Positions 57,903 to 64,000 of a stretch of DNA of 64,000 bases are shown here, one piece after another. The position numbers were made by a program, and so were the translations under genes. This DNA comes from an uncultured Oscillospiraceae bacterium. GTDB lineage: Bacteria > Bacillota > Clostridia > Oscillospirales > QAMX01. A model generated the notes under the pieces. It worked only from the letters and a program-made list of their open reading frames with translations, was not told where the DNA came from and searched no databases. Where the stretch lies: the NCBI GenBank assembly GCA_964461815.1, contig CAYWVF010000006.1, positions 22,391 to 86,390 of the forward strand, written 5' to 3'. How positions within the stretch are numbered: the first letter of the stretch is position 1; every line of letters begins with the position of its first letter.

Positions 57903-58535
57903 ATGAAGGGCTTATTACTCAAGGATTTTTACCTTATCACAAAATACTGCCGAGCTTTTTTCATTCTGATAATAGCCTTCGGCATAATTTCCGCTTTCAC
58001 CTCTGACAACATATTTCTCTTTTACCCTTGTGTTATAGCAAGTATGCTTCCCATGACGCTCCAATCCTACGATGAACGTGAAAAGTGGTGTACTTACAGC
58101 GCTGCTCTCCCCTACAGCAAAGCCAAACAGGTTTCCGCTAAGTATATTATCGGTCTTCTGGCAAGCGTGATCTCAATTATTATAATTACCGCTGCACAGC
58201 TTTATAAGCTCTGCACAGGCTCGGTCTACAGCGCAAACGATCTTATTTTTCTCATTCTTCAGCTTTTTGCCATTAGTTTGCTGCCTCCTGCATTCACCCT
58301 GCCGTTTATTTTCAAATTCGGTACGGAAAAAGGACGGATACTTTATTATGTTGTAATAGGAGCATCATGTGCTCTCATAACAATAAACTCCGAAAGTTTT
58401 GATCTTTCGGAGCTCAGTCAGGCAGCTGCCTCGAATGGCAATTCATATTTGATGCTCTTTTTCGTTGCTTCGGTGATCCTGTACGTTGTCTCATGGATAT
58501 TGTCCGTTAAGTTTTACAAAAAAAGAGAGTTCTGA
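57903..58535 (+). CDS. ABC-2 transporter permease
   Basis: MKGLLLKDF, YDE...W...ALP, KY, P..FKFG.EKG. Confidence 0.88.
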   Translation: MKGLLLKDFYLITKYCRAFFILIIAFGIISAFTSDNIFLFYPCVIASMLPMTLQSYDEREKWCTYSAALPYSKAKQVSAKYIIGLLASVISIIIITAAQLYKLCTGSVYSANDLIFLILQLFAISLLPPAFTLPFIFKFGTEKGRILYYVVIGASCALITINSESFDLSELSQAAASNGNSYLMLFFVASVILYVVSWILSVKFYKKREF

Positions 58536-58538
58536 AAA

Positions 58539-58578
58539 AAAACTGCGAATACGAGCACATGCTCATATTCGCAGTTTT
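58539..58578. terminator. Bidirectional intrinsic terminator
   Basis: AAAACTGCGAATA...TATTCGCAGTTTT between the convergent permease and ligA. Confidence 0.8.
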
Positions 58579-58580
58579 CC

Positions 58581-60563
<1,983 letters not shown>

Positions 60564-60567
60564 TCAA

Positions 60568-61269
60568 TTATCCCAGTGTAAAATCTATTACCTTTTCCTC
60601 TGCGCTTCTGTCATCCTCGATATTAGTATAAGAATCCGGGACAACACCTACGATTATCGTTTCCGCTACATTCACCTGTGTAGTAACAGTCTGAGTCACC
60701 GCATCACGTGGTAAAAGCACAGTGATATCCGCACTTATTTCCATCGTGATCCTGTGTCTTGTCTGATTGATACCTGCCGAGCTGAATGCACTCTTAAAAT
60801 CGGCAGCTGCACTTCCGAGCGGTATTATCTCCACGTCTATCTGAGGTCCCTTACCACTCAAAAAGTCTATGCCTGTTGCATTTCCCAACGGTACGGATAT
60901 CTGCGAGCTGTCAAGATCACTCAATTCCTCGATTATTATATTCGACATGCGTGCCTTTAGACTGTTCACCTTTATAATGTTCGTGTGAAGAGCAGTCACT
61001 CTACCCGAATCATCCTTTTCAAGCGTCACCAGATCCAAATATTCCGGGCCATCCTTCTCCAGTTCCTCGTTTACTGCGTCATTTATCGCCTTTGTCGCAA
61101 GATACGATGCACGTGAGAGTGCATATTCTCTGACAGCAGGCCGTAGCTTTGCATCGGCGGCAAAAAGTATGATCCCCAATGCCAACACAAACAACGAAAA
61201 TCTGATCGCAAGTATCACCAACCGCCGTCTCGTGTGATCATACGGTCTTATATGCTTTAACGCACTCAT
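60568..61269 (-). CDS. yunB: Sporulation protein YunB
   Basis: N-terminal TM, VPLG..TG, F.SAGINQTRH, ETIIVG.VP. Confidence 0.92.
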   Translation of the reverse strand: MSALKHIRPYDHTRRRLVILAIRFSLFVLALGIILFAADAKLRPAVREYALSRASYLATKAINDAVNEELEKDGPEYLDLVTLEKDDSGRVTALHTNIIKVNSLKARMSNIIIEELSDLDSSQISVPLGNATGIDFLSGKGPQIDVEIIPLGSAAADFKSAFSSAGINQTRHRITMEISADITVLLPRDAVTQTVTTQVNVAETIIVGVVPDSYTNIEDDRSAEEKVIDFTLG

Positions 61270-61289
61270 AGCTGCACCTCCGTAAACAT

Positions 61290-61376
61290 ATTATATTGCA
61301 ATATTTTACAAATTATGACGAAGATACAACTTTGAGTCCACTTTATAATTATAGCATACCGATATGACAAATTCAA
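61290..61376 (-). promoter_or_regulatory. Tandem sigma-A and SigE-like promoters of yunB-ligA
   Basis: Minus strand TTGAAT-17-TATAAT with extended TG (61376-61348), then GTCATA-16-AATATAAT (61319-61290). Confidence 0.55.
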
Positions 61377-61510
61377 TTCCATGCTTTTGAAAATAAGATC
61401 ATTTTTATTTCCATTCGTCATTGGCGTAGTCTTGCAATATATTGCAATATATGATATATTTACCATATAGTATTTACAGTCCGTATACGGCTATAAACGG
61501 AGGTGACGCT

Positions 61511-63799
61511 GTGCTTATACCCTTTGCATCCGCAATGGCATTATCGCTGGTATTACTGGAATATTTTCTATCCGGCACATCTATCTTCTTATTTACATTG
61601 TCTGCCGTTCCGATATTCATATTATGTCGATATATCGCACGTAAACGCAACGTTAAAAGCGAACGCATTACGGCTGCGTTCATCGGCTGTATTTTCGGTG
61701 TCCTGCTGTTCATTGCATACTCATCTATTGTGTACGAACCTGCGCTGGCATACGCAGGCAGCTCTGCACAGATCAGCGGTGCAGTCGCATCTGAGCCTGA
61801 TAGGGACGGCACTCGTGTCATAGTAAGAGTCTCTTCTATTAACGATGAGCAGATCAAGCTGCCGTTTAAAATCATTCTCTATCTCGACGAAGAAATACAT
61901 GCTGTTCCCGGTGACAATATAAGCATATCAGCCTCACTTAAAGTCCCGAACACATATGATAACTTTGATGCACTGCGTCACTACAAAAGCCGAGGTATAT
62001 ATCTTACCGCAGTAGCCGAAAGTAGTGCCGATATTCTATCACCCGATACATATCCTATTTGGTCGCTTCCTCTCCATATTTCTTCTGATATGAAGAAGCA
62101 GATAAAGGAGATACTTCCAAGCGAAGAAAATTCAGCACTTGTTACAGCACTTCTCCTCGGCGACGATTCTCAGCTGTCTCGTGAGTTTTCCGATTCTATC
62201 AGTGATATAGGTCTATCACACATTATCTCCGTGTCAGGTATGCATGTTTCGTTCATATCAAACCTACTGCTACTCATTTTCGGTCTAAGTATTGGGCCGT
62301 TTGTGGCGATCCCTATACTCATATTATTCACGCTCGTTGCCGGTGCACCTGCCGCCGCTGTCAGAGCACTGATAATGCAGCTAATACTTCTGCTGTCATT
62401 TATTGTCAAACGTGAGCCTGACACAAAAAGCAGTCTCTTCTTCGCATTGATATTCATCCTACTTCTGAATCCGTTTGCCATATGTGATGTATCACTGTGG
62501 CTCTCCTTCAGTGCAACACTCGGCTTGATACTCTACTCAAATCCGATAATGACAGCAATAATGAAGCCGTTTTCAGATATCGAGAATCGTCTCATTCAAA
62601 AGCTGATATCCTCATTTGCTTCGGTGATTGGTTCTACATTTGCCGCATTATTTCTTTCTACTCCAATACTCATCATTACATTTCATACCGTTTCCATCAT
62701 ATCTCCGCTTGCGAATCTTCTTTTGCTATTTCCATTCGAGCTCCTATTCTTCGGAGGTCTGATCTCTACATCGCTATCGTATATTTCACCGTCACTCGGC
62801 AGTCTCTTGGGAGTGCTTCTCGAGCCGATATACAAATTTATAGAATTCATCACATTTTCCCTTGCAGAGCTTCGATTTGCAAAATATTCCGTTGACAGTG
62901 TATATACGGTATCACTTTTCTTCTGCATCTACATAATATTTGCGATATATATCATATTAAGGCAGCGTAAGGATCGTAAAATATCGATAAATTTCAGATA
63001 TATCGCAGCTGCATGTGCCATATGTGTATGTGTCACCGTATTCTGCGAATGGTATGACAGATCACACTCGACATACACTGCAATACTTGACTCTCAGGGA
63101 GCACAGTGCGTCATTATGCATGACGATACACATACGATAATGATAAACTGCGGCGGATATTCCACAAGCTACGATGCGGCAACGTATCTTGACAGGATAA
63201 TGGCTGAAAAGGTAGATCTGCTTATCATCACCGACTATCGCTCCGGCAGTATAAAAAGCGTGACCGAGCTTCTTGACACTGTAGATGTAGATAAAATAAT
63301 AATGCCTCCCGCAGGCAACTCGCAGGAGGCAGAAAAATTAAAGGAAATTACAGCTAAGGATATTGATATAGAATTCATTTCATCATCGTGCAGCAGGAAT
63401 ACAGGGGATATATCATACTATATCGGTGCATATGACAGTCGCCTGTTCGTCAGGCTTCAGCACGGCACACTGTCACTGCTCGCACCCGGCGCTCTGACAC
63501 CTGAGGTGCTTGGCAAAGCGTTATACGATATAGGCTATCCGCATACGACCGTTGTCGCTGCCGGAAGCTACTACTCATCACATGAGCTGCCCGGCTCGGT
63601 GCAAAAGCTCACGCCGTCTGTCTGTGTAGTATCCGAATATTATCCGATGTCCTCAAAGCGTATGAAAAGCATTGCCGGAAATATACCATCAGTCATCGAT
63701 GGCACCATGTCCGGGAACATCGTCCTTCGATGTGCTGATACCAACAAGGGCTATCATATCAGTCTTGTATCTTCGCACTTGGATAAAGAATACTATTAG
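61511..63799 (+). CDS. comEC: ComEC/Rec2 DNA uptake channel
   Basis: OB domain (NFD...Y..RGI), competence domain GLSHIISVSGMH and SFSATLG, C-terminal MBL-like domain. GTG 61511 follows GGAGGTG. Confidence 0.88.
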   Translation: MLIPFASAMALSLVLLEYFLSGTSIFLFTLSAVPIFILCRYIARKRNVKSERITAAFIGCIFGVLLFIAYSSIVYEPALAYAGSSAQISGAVASEPDRDGTRVIVRVSSINDEQIKLPFKIILYLDEEIHAVPGDNISISASLKVPNTYDNFDALRHYKSRGIYLTAVAESSADILSPDTYPIWSLPLHISSDMKKQIKEILPSEENSALVTALLLGDDSQLSREFSDSISDIGLSHIISVSGMHVSFISNLLLLIFGLSIGPFVAIPILILFTLVAGAPAAAVRALIMQLILLLSFIVKREPDTKSSLFFALIFILLLNPFAICDVSLWLSFSATLGLILYSNPIMTAIMKPFSDIENRLIQKLISSFASVIGSTFAALFLSTPILIITFHTVSIISPLANLLLLFPFELLFFGGLISTSLSYISPSLGSLLGVLLEPIYKFIEFITFSLAELRFAKYSVDSVYTVSLFFCIYIIFAIYIILRQRKDRKISINFRYIAAACAICVCVTVFCEWYDRSHSTYTAILDSQGAQCVIMHDDTHTIMINCGGYSTSYDAATYLDRIMAEKVDLLIITDYRSGSIKSVTELLDTVDVDKIIMPPAGNSQEAEKLKEITAKDIDIEFISSSCSRNTGDISYYIGAYDSRLFVRLQHGTLSLLAPGALTPEVLGKALYDIGYPHTTVVAAGSYYSSHELPGSVQKLTPSVCVVSEYYPMSSKRMKSIAGNIPSVIDGTMSGNIVLRCADTNKGYHISLVSSHLDKEYY

Positions 63800-64000
63800 C
63801 ATCTCTCGTAAGCAGTCTCGCCGTTCACGATAACTCTGACCGTCTCACTGAATATATCAAACGGATGTCTGTCATATATGGCGATATCCGCATCCTTTCC
63901 GACCTCAATAGAGCCGACTCTGTCTTCTATTTCCACTGTTTTTGCGGCATTTATCGTAACAGCTGCGATCGCATCAAGCTCACTCATTCCGTGCTTTTTC
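63796..64000 (-). CDS. Amidohydrolase family protein, C-terminal fragment
   Basis: TINAAK...DRVGSIEVGKDADI...V.VNGE. Confidence 0.85.
   Translation of the reverse strand, partial: KKHGMSELDAIAAVTINAAKTVEIEDRVGSIEVGKDADIAIYDRHPFDIFSETVRVIVNGETAYERC

Noticed and set aside
61266-61510. 66-aa ORF 61266-61466 and the longer comEC start at 61442
   Set aside because: AT-rich promoter DNA; the SD supports GTG 61511 as the comEC start.

Overview
A 64 kb chromosomal window from a spore-forming Clostridia bacterium; the taxon is inferred from gene content. It is almost entirely coding. It carries core sporulation loci (spoIIGA-sigE, sipL-spoIVA, spoIIIAA-AH, yunB) and a long minus-strand housekeeping run (cdaA-cdaR-DUF5685-like-J-domain-membrane protein-yicC-remA-gmk-rpoZ-priA-def-fmt-Zn peptidase-rsmB-rlmN-prpC-prkC-rsgA). 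Also present are ligA, comEC, metA, nagB, rodA, cobB, several ABC/MATE transporters with regulators, and a small accessory patch at about 20.3-23.9 kb containing an IS3-like end remnant. I saw no tRNA, rRNA, CRISPR array, prophage or intact mobile element. The best leads are: (1) an uncharacterised Cys-rich DUF5685-like/J-domain/membrane module sitting where glmM usually follows cdaA-cdaR; (2) a siroheme-type reductase coupled to a heme/corrinoid-class ABC importer, possibly for siroheme scavenging; (3) a stand-alone DegT-family aminotransferase that looks highly expressed; (4) a duplicated SpoIIID-like motif suggesting an internal promoter before spoIIIAC; (5) several amber (TAG) junctions whose read-through would fuse or couple neighbouring genes. 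All family calls come from recognising motifs by eye; no database searches were run.
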